Assembly (NCBI GenBank): GCA_002424045.1
Contig: DIPH01000001.1
Location: 13,484 to 77,483, forward strand
DNA: 64,000 nucleotides
Direction: 5' to 3'
Source of the DNA: Firmicutes bacterium UBA5493
Lineage (GTDB): Bacteria; Bacillota; Limnochordia; Darwinibacteriales; Darwinibacteriaceae
Below, piece by piece: positions 1-9,175 of the stretch (within the stretch, counting starts at the first letter, position 1; each line of letters starts with the position of its first letter). The notes beneath the pieces were generated by a model, which did no database searches, had not been told where the DNA came from, and saw nothing but the letters and a program-made list of their open reading frames with translations. A program made the position numbers and the translations under genes.

Positions 1-393
1 TTGTTTGCCTTCGGCTACAACTGTTCCGACGCCAGTGGGCGTTAAGACTCCGCCCAAACCCGCGCCAGCGCAGCGGATTCTCTCAGCCAGTGTTCCTTGG
101 GGTACGAGTTCTACCTGGATTTTTCCTTCAATCATCTTCTGGCCTGTCTCTGGATTTGTACCAATATGGCTGGCGATCAGGTGCCTAACCGCATCGGATG
201 AAATCAGCATGCCGATGCCATCACCCTGTAAGCCGGTGTCATTACAAATGACGGTCAGATTCTGTACGCCTTGTCCTGCCAATTCTCGAACGAGGCTTAC
301 AGGTGTACCGCAGGTCATGAATCCTCCAATCATGACGCTGCTTCCATCCGTCACCTTACCCATCACTTCTTTCTGCGACAAAATTTTCGGCAA
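1..393 (-). CDS. atoD: 3-oxoacid CoA-transferase subunit A (acetoacetate:butyrate/acetate CoA-transferase alpha). N-terminal ~130 aa only; the gene runs off the window start
   Basis: Not in the ORF track because it is truncated. My own minus-strand translation reads [31 protein letters not shown]...[30 protein letters not shown]. That is a typical family I CoA-transferase A-subunit N-terminus. TTG start at 393 with a GGGAGG RBS 8 nt upstream, 17 nt after the kce stop. This fits the terminal step of lysine fermentation. Confidence 0.72.
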   Translation of the reverse strand, partial: MPKILSQKEVMGKVTDGSSVMIGGFMTCGTPVSLVRELAGQGVQNLTVICNDTGLQGDGIGMLISSDAVRHLIASHIGTNPETGQKMIEGKIQVELVPQGTLAERIRCAGAGLGGVLTPTGVGTVVAEGKQ

Positions 394-412
394 TTCGTCA
401 TCCTCCCAATTT

Positions 413-1246
413 TTATGTTTTTTGTGGCCTTCGAGCGGGTAGCCCGAGAATCTCCCGTGCCTCATCAGGAGATGCAACTTCCCGTCCAAGCTCTCTTGCA
501 ATCCTGGCTATCCTAGCTACCAACTGAGCATTGCTCTTGGCCAATTCACCCCTGTAAAAATAGATATTGTCCTCAAACCCAACCCGCACATGACCTCCCA
601 TGGCCATGGCGGCCATAGCTAGAGACGTCTCGTTGCGACCAATACCCGATACGGTCCAGGTGGCATCTTTAGGAATGGAATCAACTAAGAAACTCAAGTT
701 TCTCACAGTTCCCCCCATGGCACCTGGGACGCCCAGGACAAAATTAAAGTGGAGGGGTGGCTTCACCAAAGCCTCTCGCACAAGGCGCAAAGCACTGTCA
801 ACCATTCCTGATTCAAATACCTCGAATTCTGGTTTGACCCCCCTCTCCAACATAAGCCTTGCAGCTTTCTCATAAAAGTCCTGGGGATTGGAGAATATGT
901 CCCTACCAAAGTTACAGGTTCCAGTGGACAAAGTGGCCATTTCCGGACTGTTCTCTACAGGTTGCAGACGCTCTTCTGGACTATGCCAGGTTGCTCCGCC
1001 TGTAGATGGCTGAAAAATGACGGGACACTTTTCCGCCACAATCGCCTGGATTTCTCTGTAAATCTCCCTATCCTGTGTAGGGCTGCCATCGGCTTGCCGG
1101 GCATGGACATGGACAATGGATGCTCCCGCTTCGTAGGCTTCCAAAGCTGCACGACCGATTTCCTCAGGAGTAATGGGGAGATTCTTCTGCTGCTCCCTTG
1201 TGACTTCGGCCCCAGTGAGGGCCGCGGTAATAATCAGCTTTGACAC
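413..1246 (-). CDS. kce: 3-keto-5-aminohexanoate cleavage enzyme (BKACE/DUF849 family)
   Basis: ORF 413..1330. N-terminal [18 protein letters not shown] and length about 277 aa match Kce. I place the start at GTG 1246, which has an AAGGGGG RBS 7 nt upstream, rather than the most-upstream 1330. The gene sits in a lysine fermentation cluster. Confidence 0.85.
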   Translation of the reverse strand: MSKLIITAALTGAEVTREQQKNLPITPEEIGRAALEAYEAGASIVHVHARQADGSPTQDREIYREIQAIVAEKCPVIFQPSTGGATWHSPEERLQPVENSPEMATLSTGTCNFGRDIFSNPQDFYEKAARLMLERGVKPEFEVFESGMVDSALRLVREALVKPPLHFNFVLGVPGAMGGTVRNLSFLVDSIPKDATWTVSGIGRNETSLAMAAMAMGGHVRVGFEDNIYFYRGELAKSNAQLVARIARIARELGREVASPDEAREILGLPARRPQKT

Positions 1247-1250
1247 ATCC

Positions 1251-1640
1251 CTACCCCCTTCTCTGTTTGTCCTTAGGTACGACACATACACCTTTAGCTG
1301 TGGCCACCACAACTGGTTCCTCCAGAACATCCATGGCCGAAGGCCCCAGGTCTGATGAATTGGTCCTTGTGATCTGTTTGACGGCTTGAAACTTCATCTT
1401 CCGCGATGTATTACCTACCTCAGTAATCTCACCCACCGCTTCAAGGAAATCACCAGCATAAACAGGAGCCTTAAACTGCACATCACTATAGGTTAGAAAT
1501 AAACCTTCATCACCGTCATGACGGATCAAAAGCTCCGTGGCACAGTCACCAAAGAGCTGCAAAACAAAAGCACCGTCCACCAACTCACCTCCGTAGTGGG
1601 CCTGGGCTGCGCTGACTCGTACACGGATCACACTCTTCAT
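1251..1640 (-). CDS. kal: 3-aminobutyryl-CoA ammonia-lyase (small hotdog-fold protein)
   Basis: About 130 aa ORF between kamE and kce. Size and position match Kal of lysine fermentation clusters. ATG 1640 has a GGAGG RBS at about 10 nt spacing. The stop lies 4 nt before the kce start. Confidence 0.68.
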   Translation of the reverse strand: MKSVIRVRVSAAQAHYGGELVDGAFVLQLFGDCATELLIRHDGDEGLFLTYSDVQFKAPVYAGDFLEAVGEITEVGNTSRKMKFQAVKQITRTNSSDLGPSAMDVLEEPVVVATAKGVCVVPKDKQRRG

Positions 1641-1675
1641 ACAACACATTCCTCCTTGGATTAATAAACTCTATG

Positions 1676-2416
1676 TTAGATTCTTCTGGCCAATTCCTTA
1701 ACCACAAAGGTGCTGACATGGCGGGCTGTTGTTCCAGGTCCAAACCCTGCGTCAAAACCAAGCTCCTTAGCTAGGGGCTGATCGATTCTAGGTCCACCCA
1801 CAATCATGATCAGCCTCTCACGCAGGCCCTCCGCTTCCGCCATTTCAATCAATTCCGTTAGGTTCTGAATATGTACATTTTTCTGGGTCACAACCTGAGA
1901 GACCAAGACCGCATCGGCCTTCACTTCCATAGCCTTTTGAAGAAGGATGTCGTTGGGAACTTGACTCCCTAAATTGTAAGTTTCGATCATGGGGTAGCGC
2001 TCTAAGCCGTAATCGCCATCATAGCCCTTCATGTTCATGATGGCATCGAGTCCCACTGTATGGGCATCTGTTCCGGTGCAGGCCCCCACCACTACGACCT
2101 TACGTCTGATTTCCTTTTCAATGAAGGAATTCACTTCATCGAATGTCATTGCCTCATCCCCCGCATCAACAACGGAGATTTCATCAAGATTAACACTGTG
2201 ACGGCTACTTCCATAGAGGATAAAGTGGCTGAAACCGTGGAGGTCCTTCATGTTCACCACCTGAATACCCTCGAAACCCATTTGCAAAGCCAGGCGTTTG
2301 GCTGCTTCAAGAGCCAGGGGCCCTGCAGGTATGGGTAATGTAAAACTCAACTGCACCTGTCCATCACCCCAGGAATCTCCATAGGGTTTTACTACCTTGT
2401 CTTTCGAGCTCACCAT
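1676..2416 (-). CDS. kamE: lysine 5,6-aminomutase beta subunit (B12-binding, PLP)
   Basis: 246 aa. Conserved VKPYGD N-terminal motif and a Rossmann-like B12-binding C-terminus (VVVGACTGTDAHTVG). Overlaps the kamD stop by 7 nt, suggesting translational coupling. Confidence 0.85.
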   Translation of the reverse strand: MVSSKDKVVKPYGDSWGDGQVQLSFTLPIPAGPLALEAAKRLALQMGFEGIQVVNMKDLHGFSHFILYGSSRHSVNLDEISVVDAGDEAMTFDEVNSFIEKEIRRKVVVVGACTGTDAHTVGLDAIMNMKGYDGDYGLERYPMIETYNLGSQVPNDILLQKAMEVKADAVLVSQVVTQKNVHIQNLTELIEMAEAEGLRERLIMIVGGPRIDQPLAKELGFDAGFGPGTTARHVSTFVVKELARRI

Positions 2417-3999
2417 GATCTCCCCTTCCCTGGTGCAGATTGGATCCCCAGTTCCTGCTGCATCCTGTCCATAAAGGGATTGCTATAGTCAATTCCCTTC
2501 GGGATCACACCATCACCACCTTTGCCTCCCTCTTGGGGTCGCCTGATGTTGGCAAAATGCCCTTCGCTGATGGCCCGTTTTAATCCCTTGGCTTCGATGT
2601 CCTGCAAGAAGTCTACCACTTGATCCAAGATGGCCTCTGAACGTTTTTGGATGATGCCATCGGGCCTAAAGCTAATCTCGTTTTCTAAGTCTCTGGCATT
2701 GTCCATGACATACTGGGCGCTTTCCAGGCTCAAAGCACGGTCACTTAGGTGGGGTGTATGAATGGCTTCGGTGAGCATGCCAAGGAGATGAATGCTTTGG
2801 CCCGTCATAACCGAGGCCAGGTTAAACATGGCATTTTGAACATGGCCCATAAAAATGTCTCCCGTCATGTACTTGGTAGGCGGCATATACTTCAAGGGTG
2901 CGTCAGGGAAAATCTGCCGAATGGTCTGGGCTGTAGCTAGCTCATAGAGGAACCCGTTTTTCATCTTCGGATCGAGCTCAAAGGCGTGTCCCAAACCCAG
3001 CTGCCAACTTTGTAGACCTGCCGCCAGACCCATCTGTTCATTGATAAAATTGGAGGCCAAAACGGTATGGGCCTCCTCTAAGGCGTCTGCTGTTGTTAAG
3101 TAGTTGTCCTCTCCCGTATTGATAATAATGCCGGCGTAGGCATTGATCATCCGAGAAAAGTATTGGTCAGCAAAGGTCCGCTCCATATTGATATCCCGGA
3201 ACAAGATCCCATACATGGCGTCATTTAGCATCATGTCAAGACGTTCCAAGGCTCCCATGGCAGCGATCTCGGGCATGCACAGCCCTGAGCAATAGTTGAC
3301 GAGCTGAATGTACCGTCCCACCTCTTCGCTCACCTCATCAAGAGCTTGCCTCATTACCCTGAAGTTGGCTTGGGTAGCGTATGTGCCCCCAAAACCTTCC
3401 GTGGTGGTTCCGTAGGGAACATAATCGAGTAAACTCTGGGCTGTGGTGCGAATGACTGCAATAATGTCTGCCCCCTGCCTAGCAGCTGACTTGGCCTGCT
3501 CCACATCGGCAAAGATGTTACCGCTGGCCACGATGACATACTTCAAAGGCTCTTCGCCTAACCCGAGACTCTGCTTTAAGGTCTCCCGTTTCTGCCGCTC
3601 TTTGGCGATGGTGGTAAGTGCTTGATCCGTATATGTATTCATGACTCTGGCTATACGATTTGGGTCTTGGGCCGAGAGCTCACAGATGTGCAAATCCCGA
3701 GCACAGTGTTGAGCGATCTCTTGTGGGGACTTGTCGAGGACCACCACGGCATTAGCTATCCAATACGCTATGCCCCGGTCTAAAAAACCTGCCCGATTCA
3801 CTTGATCCACAACAACATTGGCCAGAGGGATGTCTTCGTGATTCGTGCCATCGATGCCAAAAAGGCGTGCCACGGTACGTTCCACGCTTACTGTGGTGTG
3901 ACGATAGATATCTTCCTGCACCTTTTGAGCAATGGCCTGAGCTAATTGCCTGGCCTTTTGAACTTTTTCGTTGTCCAATACTAGTAACTGGTTACCCAT
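2410..3999 (-). CDS. kamD: lysine 5,6-aminomutase alpha subunit
   Basis: About 530 aa TIM-barrel-type aminomutase large subunit. The N-terminus (LDNEKVQKARQLAQAIAQKVQEDIYRHTTVSVERTVARLFGIDG) matches the KamD pattern. The ORF-track start at 4020 is TTG. I prefer ATG 3999, which has an AAAAGAGGGA RBS. Confidence 0.85.
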   Translation of the reverse strand: MGNQLLVLDNEKVQKARQLAQAIAQKVQEDIYRHTTVSVERTVARLFGIDGTNHEDIPLANVVVDQVNRAGFLDRGIAYWIANAVVVLDKSPQEIAQHCARDLHICELSAQDPNRIARVMNTYTDQALTTIAKERQKRETLKQSLGLGEEPLKYVIVASGNIFADVEQAKSAARQGADIIAVIRTTAQSLLDYVPYGTTTEGFGGTYATQANFRVMRQALDEVSEEVGRYIQLVNYCSGLCMPEIAAMGALERLDMMLNDAMYGILFRDINMERTFADQYFSRMINAYAGIIINTGEDNYLTTADALEEAHTVLASNFINEQMGLAAGLQSWQLGLGHAFELDPKMKNGFLYELATAQTIRQIFPDAPLKYMPPTKYMTGDIFMGHVQNAMFNLASVMTGQSIHLLGMLTEAIHTPHLSDRALSLESAQYVMDNARDLENEISFRPDGIIQKRSEAILDQVVDFLQDIEAKGLKRAISEGHFANIRRPQEGGKGGDGVIPKGIDYSNPFMDRMQQELGIQSAPGKGRSW

Positions 4000-5608
4000 T
4001 CTTGCGGTCCCTCTTTTCAAGGAGCTCTTTAGCCCTCTTAATGATCATGCTGTCCAGCCCTAGAGCTTCTGCCACAACTGCGGCATCGCTCCGAAGTGGT
4101 CGCCCAGGGCTTGCCACCTCCAAGCTATAGTCCATACAGCGTTGAAGAGAATCTACCCGGGCCTCGCCTAGCTTGTCTTGATCCAACCCCCTGACCCGAA
4201 GATGGCGGATCTCCTCTAGCTGGGCTAGAGATGGGTAATGGGTCGTAATCACGGTAATGGTCGGCGTGTGGTTGAGATGCTCAAGAATTGCCTGGGCAAC
4301 GCTGGCCCCTTCCACAGGATTTGTTCCGTGGGCAATCTCATCCACGAGAATCAAGCCATCATGGTCGCTTTCCTCTATGACATCCCGCAGAAAGAGCACT
4401 TCCCCAGCAAAGGCACTGAGGCCCTTGGGGATTTCCGATGCCGCCAAGTGAGCCCGGATAAACTTCCGTGGCCGGAAATCCATGGAACGGGCAGGCACCA
4501 AAAGGCCATATTGGGCCATAGCCGTTAAAAGGCCAATAGTCTTTAAACTCGCGGTTTTACCACCCATATTAGGTCCGGTGATCAGGGTGACCCCTGAGGA
4601 AACTTCTAAGCAGAGGGGAGTATAATCATGACCCCCTTGGGTCACCTCTTCCTCCACCAAGGGATGTCTTCCCTCTGTGATGCGAATGATGGAATCCTCG
4701 CACAACTGGGGTTTCATTCCATCTATCTCAACGGCAAACTTCGCTTTGGCTAATAAGACGTCTAAAAAAGCTAGCCTTTCCAGAACGCCATGTAGTCGCG
4801 GCCCATAATCTGCTATCACAGAGGTGAGTTTGACCCTAATCCCGTGCTTGTGTTTCTCCTCTTCTTCCCTAACCTGAGCCAACTCCTGCCTGACTTGGCG
4901 CATGATCCCGTCCTCCACCAGCTGGAAGCGGATAAAATCTGAGGTTTCCTGCACTTTCTCCAACTGGACCATGCTTTCAAGCTGGGAGATCATCTTGCCA
5001 TCTGTGGTAGTAACCGTAATGTCTCCATTCATGGATAAGATGCGCCCCACGACCTGAATCATTTCACAGTCCACTGACGCCCGAAAGTCGGCTAGGGTAT
5101 TCTCTAGACGTACACGCTCTTGGCGCACCTTAGCGAGCTCATCGTCGTAGGTGTCAGCGATATAAAAGCTGTCGTGCCCACCTTGGCCAAGACTTAAGGA
5201 TTCCTTGCATTCCACGCACTGATCCACAGGATCTGGTAAGAAGCTTGTCCACCCTAAGTGTTCCAATTCCGCCTGGATTTTCTCCACAATAGTTAACAGC
5301 TTCTTTACCTCATAGAACTCCGTATCATCTAAGGTGATCCCTTGCATACTGCGCCTAAGGCTGCCACCGATATCCCGAACTGTACTTAACAGAAAGCTTA
5401 GCTCTTCCGCCATCTTGGGGTCTCTCTTTAGGTACGCACACATGCGCTCGAGGCGATCGAGTTCCTGCACGAGATCGGCCGATTGCTCTTGCCCAAAAGC
5501 TGTGGCTTTACGCAACCTGGATCGCCCCAAAGACGATACGGGGCTTATGCGAGACCACACTTCATCAAAACCTAATTGACGCCGAGTTTCAGCATCAAGA
5601 AATTGCAT
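3992..5608 (-). CDS. MutS-domain-V ATPase (MutS2-like, no mismatch-binding domain) embedded in the aminomutase operon
   Basis: 538 aa. Classic MutS Walker A ITGPNMGGKTASLKTIGLLTAMAQYGLLVPA. ATG 5608 with an AGGAGGG RBS. Overlaps the kamD start by 8 nt and the upstream gene by 14 nt, so it is operonic. Confidence 0.75.
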   Translation of the reverse strand: MQFLDAETRRQLGFDEVWSRISPVSSLGRSRLRKATAFGQEQSADLVQELDRLERMCAYLKRDPKMAEELSFLLSTVRDIGGSLRRSMQGITLDDTEFYEVKKLLTIVEKIQAELEHLGWTSFLPDPVDQCVECKESLSLGQGGHDSFYIADTYDDELAKVRQERVRLENTLADFRASVDCEMIQVVGRILSMNGDITVTTTDGKMISQLESMVQLEKVQETSDFIRFQLVEDGIMRQVRQELAQVREEEEKHKHGIRVKLTSVIADYGPRLHGVLERLAFLDVLLAKAKFAVEIDGMKPQLCEDSIIRITEGRHPLVEEEVTQGGHDYTPLCLEVSSGVTLITGPNMGGKTASLKTIGLLTAMAQYGLLVPARSMDFRPRKFIRAHLAASEIPKGLSAFAGEVLFLRDVIEESDHDGLILVDEIAHGTNPVEGASVAQAILEHLNHTPTITVITTHYPSLAQLEEIRHLRVRGLDQDKLGEARVDSLQRCMDYSLEVASPGRPLRSDAAVVAEALGLDSMIIKRAKELLEKRDRKNG

Positions 5609-6674
5609 TAAAACCCTCCTTTTTGAGCCTGTATCGGATTCCCAAATTCAAGTCAAAGGCAGGAATGGGCTCCACAGCTTGTCCCACATCCTCAAGTAAG
5701 CGAATAGGGTCTGCCAGGCCGTAACTACTGTTGAAAGGATTCACCGTCACAGCGCTAATATGGATGGAATCTAGCACCTTTAGCACAGCATGATGGGACT
5801 TCAACTTTTGGAAGCTCTGTTTGCCCAAAAAGACGCTGGTAGGATCAGAAGCAAGCAGGATTGGAAAGGTAGACTCTGCCCCACTGGCTAGAATCTTAAC
5901 CAACACGTCATCAGTGAGCATACCCCGAATGAAAATTGCCTGCGTACATCGATCGATCTGTGCGGTCAAGACGTCGGGGCGATGGAAAAAATCCTCTTGG
6001 GTAACGATACCTTGTATACCTTGAGCCGTGAGCAACACGATCTTGACCTCTCGGCCCATACCTTCCAACTCCAATTTCAATTCTGGGTCATCCCCGTGAT
6101 CCCAGGATGGGAGGGTCAAGATCCCCAATTGGAGCTTCAGTTTCTCAAGCAAGAGCTTGCGATCCCAAGCAGCTTCAGCGCCCACTGCTAGCACTGTAGT
6201 ATCGGTAACCATGGGTGCCGCGAGGGAACGGCGATCAATAGCGCCGTCCACAAAAAGCAAGTCCACTCCAAACTGTTCTAACTGAATCTTGATCAAAGCC
6301 AATTCATGACGGGTGCTAGGACCCGCCAACAATGTCTTGCCTGCACTAAGCACCCGGGCCAGGATTACTTCCCCTAAGGGAGTCGTGATGCCGGTCGTGG
6401 CCAATATTTCATAGTCCAAGCCGCTTTCCACAATCAGTGACCTGGCATTGGCCACGATCTGTCCTGGACTAAGCATGATCTTAGGTTTGTCGTGTTCAAA
6501 GAGACTATCCCGCTCTTCACCATCGAGGCCGATGGTCGTAAGGGCCACCCGGAGGCCTAACTGTCTAGCCTCCGTTACGAGCTGATTAAATGTAAAGGTC
6601 TTACCTGTATTCTTACCCATTCCAATCACAGAGACAGATCGGAAGCCCAGGTCCAGTATATCTTCTACAAACAC
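5595..6674 (-). CDS. P-loop NTP-binding protein, DTBS/CobQ/CbiA-like fold (hypothetical)
   Basis: N-terminal SVSVIGMGKNTGKTFTFNQL Walker-A-like loop. I chose GTG 6674, 35 nt after the kdd stop, with a GAGGAAGGGG RBS. The ORF-track start at 6782 would overlap kdd by 74 nt. Family assignment is from motif recognition only. Confidence 0.55.
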   Translation of the reverse strand: MFVEDILDLGFRSVSVIGMGKNTGKTFTFNQLVTEARQLGLRVALTTIGLDGEERDSLFEHDKPKIMLSPGQIVANARSLIVESGLDYEILATTGITTPLGEVILARVLSAGKTLLAGPSTRHELALIKIQLEQFGVDLLFVDGAIDRRSLAAPMVTDTTVLAVGAEAAWDRKLLLEKLKLQLGILTLPSWDHGDDPELKLELEGMGREVKIVLLTAQGIQGIVTQEDFFHRPDVLTAQIDRCTQAIFIRGMLTDDVLVKILASGAESTFPILLASDPTSVFLGKQSFQKLKSHHAVLKVLDSIHISAVTVNPFNSSYGLADPIRLLEDVGQAVEPIPAFDLNLGIRYRLKKEGFNAIS

Positions 6675-6708
6675 CAGTACCAACGCCCCTTCCTCACCAA
6701 CCGTCCTC

Positions 6709-7752
6709 TTACACGTAGATTTCCGAGAATAACTGGCGTAGTTTGGGGTTCTCCCGCAAAACCTCGAGAGTAATAGCTGCATGACTCTTTGTATAGCCGT
6801 TACCGATCAGCATATTGACATCTTTGCCCACCCCTTCAGCACCAAGGGCTGCCGAGGTGAAACTTGTGGCCATGCTGAAGAAATATACCGTTCCCCCATC
6901 ACGGGTACACAGAATCGAGGTCATTTCTGTTTGGGGAATATTCACGCAGTTGATCGTAAGATCGGCAAGCCTGTCCCCACTCGCCTTCTGGAAAGCATGC
7001 AAGCAGTCCACAGGCTTTGTTGCATCCACATCCAGGACCACATCTGCCAGATCGAGCTTCTGGATACGCTGTACCGCCCCATCGCCATAATCCATGGCAA
7101 TGATCTTACCTGAGACACCGGCACGTTTTTTCGCTTCATGGAGGCACAGGCTCCCTGACTTTCCACCTGCTCCCACAATCAAGACTGTATCACCTGGTTT
7201 CACGAGTTTAGCTGTTTGGGCGGGAGCTCCAGCGACGTCCAGGGCAGCCAAAGCTAACTTCTGGGGAAGGTCGTCAGGCAATACTGCATAAATGCCGCTC
7301 TCAAAGAGAATAGCCTGTCCCTTAATATCCACCTGTGCGGTGTCTAAATGAATTTTCTCTATGGTCTCAATGACCAGTGGTGTTAAGGTCAAAGAGACCA
7401 GAGAGGCAATGCGGGATCCTACCTGCAAATCTCGCTTGGCCTCAAGATCACGGCCAATGGCCTTAACGATGCCGATGAACATGCCCCCGGATCCAGTCAC
7501 AGGATTATGGTGTTTTCCCCTGCGGTCAACAATATCAAGCATAATTTGGGCGATCTGGGCTTCATCATCACCGGCTTCTTGCCGAATTTGGGTGAAACTC
7601 GCAGAATCAATATTCAGAGTTTCAACATCGATCAGAATTTCGTTGGGCATAATCTCCATACGGTTATCGAGGCGTTCGGACCCTTGAGGCAGGGCTCCCA
7701 CCGGTGTGATGACCCTATGGGTACCAAATGGACAAGCTACAGTCACAGACAT
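6709..7752 (-). CDS. kdd: L-erythro-3,5-diaminohexanoate dehydrogenase
   Basis: 347 aa NAD(P)-dependent dehydrogenase with a Rossmann motif (LIVGAGGKSGSLCLHEAK). Size and context match Kdd. It is the first gene of the lysine operon in this window. Confidence 0.8.
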   Translation of the reverse strand: MSVTVACPFGTHRVITPVGALPQGSERLDNRMEIMPNEILIDVETLNIDSASFTQIRQEAGDDEAQIAQIMLDIVDRRGKHHNPVTGSGGMFIGIVKAIGRDLEAKRDLQVGSRIASLVSLTLTPLVIETIEKIHLDTAQVDIKGQAILFESGIYAVLPDDLPQKLALAALDVAGAPAQTAKLVKPGDTVLIVGAGGKSGSLCLHEAKKRAGVSGKIIAMDYGDGAVQRIQKLDLADVVLDVDATKPVDCLHAFQKASGDRLADLTINCVNIPQTEMTSILCTRDGGTVYFFSMATSFTSAALGAEGVGKDVNMLIGNGYTKSHAAITLEVLRENPKLRQLFSEIYV

Positions 7753-7820
7753 ACTCCCCTTTGTGGATTCTTACGGAAATCATCCAAGTTATTTTACAGT
7801 TTCTTCAATAATAACATATA

Positions 7821-7859
7821 CCCCTCCAATTTTGAAGAGTTCCTTCGAAATTGGAGGGG
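7821..7859 (-). terminator. rho-independent terminator downstream of ispDF, insulating it from the lysine operon
   Basis: Perfect 12-bp stem CCCCTCCAATTT/AAATTGGAGGGG with a 14-nt loop, 17 nt after the ispDF stop. On the minus strand it is followed by TATATGTTATTATT. Confidence 0.5.
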
Positions 7860-7876
7860 TAATGTAGATTGCAAGT

Positions 7877-9025
7877 CTAATCTTCTGCACGCAGAGACAC
7901 GACAACCTGCGCAGCTATACCTTCTTCACGACCCACAAAGCCCAGTCCCTCGGTGGTGGTTGCTTTGATGTTGACTTGACCCTCGGTTACAACGAACACC
8001 TGGGCCAGCTTTGTCCTCATGGCCCCTTTCCAGGACCCAAGCTTTGGTCTCTGAGCCATAATGGTAATATCCAGGTTATTTGTGACAAGCCTTTCTTCCT
8101 TCATGATATTCAGGACATGCTCTAGGAGGGTTATGCTGGAGATGCCCTTGTACACTGGATCGGTATCGGGAAATAGCTCGCCGATATCTCCCTTACCCAT
8201 AGCGCCCAAAAGGGCATCCATCACCGCGTGAGTCACCACATCAGCATCAGAATGACCCAAGAGTCCCTTTTCATAGGGAATCTCAACTCCCCCGAGGATC
8301 AGAGGTTTACCTCCTGCCAAGCGGTGCACATCGTACCCGAAGCCTACGACAACACGGTTTGACCTGGGCAAATCTTCCGGCGTTGTGATCTTGATGTTAG
8401 AATAGTCCCCTTCCACAATATGTACCGGATGGCCCAGAACCTCCAAAAGTCCGCAGTCATCCGTGGCTGTAATACCCCTTTGTCTAGCTTCTTCGTGAGC
8501 CTTCAAAGCCAGACGATAATCGAAAATTTGCGGGGTCTGCATGGCCCAAAGCTCCGAGCGCTCTGGAGTTTCCGTAACGAAACCGTCTCTGACTTTTTTG
8601 ATCGTATCCTTCACGGGAACAGCTATTCCTACGGCCAAGCGATCTTCGACAGCCTCTAGACCTCTGCGAACCAATTCCGGTGTGACAAAGGGCCTGGCAC
8701 CATCATGAATGATCGCCCAGTCGGTATCGGCGGAAAGGGCCTTAAGACCAAGATAAACACTGTCTTGTCTCTCTGCGCCTCCCAAGACAACCTGAGCCGT
8801 CTTGCCTGAAACTTCCCTTTGCAAAAGGTGCGTAACGGCTTCCAGATCCCGACTGCTTGTGACCACCACTATTTCTGATACTTCCTCCATAGAACCAAAA
8901 CAGGCAAGACTATGGGAAAGCACCGGTTTGCCATCAAGGGGCAAGAGTACTTTATTACTCCGAGCGCCCATACGTCTGCCTGAACCTGCTGCAGCTAGTA
9001 CTACTCCTATCTTCAATCGCGCCAA
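7877..9025 (-). CDS. ispDF: bifunctional 2-C-methyl-D-erythritol 4-phosphate cytidylyltransferase / 2-C-methyl-D-erythritol 2,4-cyclodiphosphate synthase
   Basis: N-terminal IspD (GVVLAAAGSGRRMG) fused to C-terminal IspF (GYDVHRL...GHSDADVVTHAVMDALLGA). 382 aa. Confidence 0.9.
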   Translation of the reverse strand: MARLKIGVVLAAAGSGRRMGARSNKVLLPLDGKPVLSHSLACFGSMEEVSEIVVVTSSRDLEAVTHLLQREVSGKTAQVVLGGAERQDSVYLGLKALSADTDWAIIHDGARPFVTPELVRRGLEAVEDRLAVGIAVPVKDTIKKVRDGFVTETPERSELWAMQTPQIFDYRLALKAHEEARQRGITATDDCGLLEVLGHPVHIVEGDYSNIKITTPEDLPRSNRVVVGFGYDVHRLAGGKPLILGGVEIPYEKGLLGHSDADVVTHAVMDALLGAMGKGDIGELFPDTDPVYKGISSITLLEHVLNIMKEERLVTNNLDITIMAQRPKLGSWKGAMRTKLAQVFVVTEGQVNIKATTTEGLGFVGREEGIAAQVVVSLRAED

Positions 9026-9175
9026 CTCCTTTTAGCCGCTACATGAATGTTTTACGTATTGTGAAGGCTTGCTACAAGCTCCTGGGTGGATGTTTACATT
9101 CACCAGAATCTGCATTCATCAGTAGTAAAAAGGACCCGATGTATGCAGGCATCAGGCCCCTTCATTCCTATAAAC

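Noticed and set aside
5-516. Plus-strand ORFs 5..442 and 271..516 from the ORF track
   Set aside because: They are antisense to the well-supported CoA-transferase A subunit and kce reading frames. No RBS, and the amino-acid composition is Pro/Ser-rich (typical of antisense frames of GC-rich codons).
6675-6782. Most-upstream start (6782) for the P-loop protein
   Set aside because: It would overlap the kdd 3' end by 74 nt and add a non-conserved, Cys/Arg-rich leader. GTG 6674 gives the canonical short N-terminus before the Walker A loop and has an RBS.
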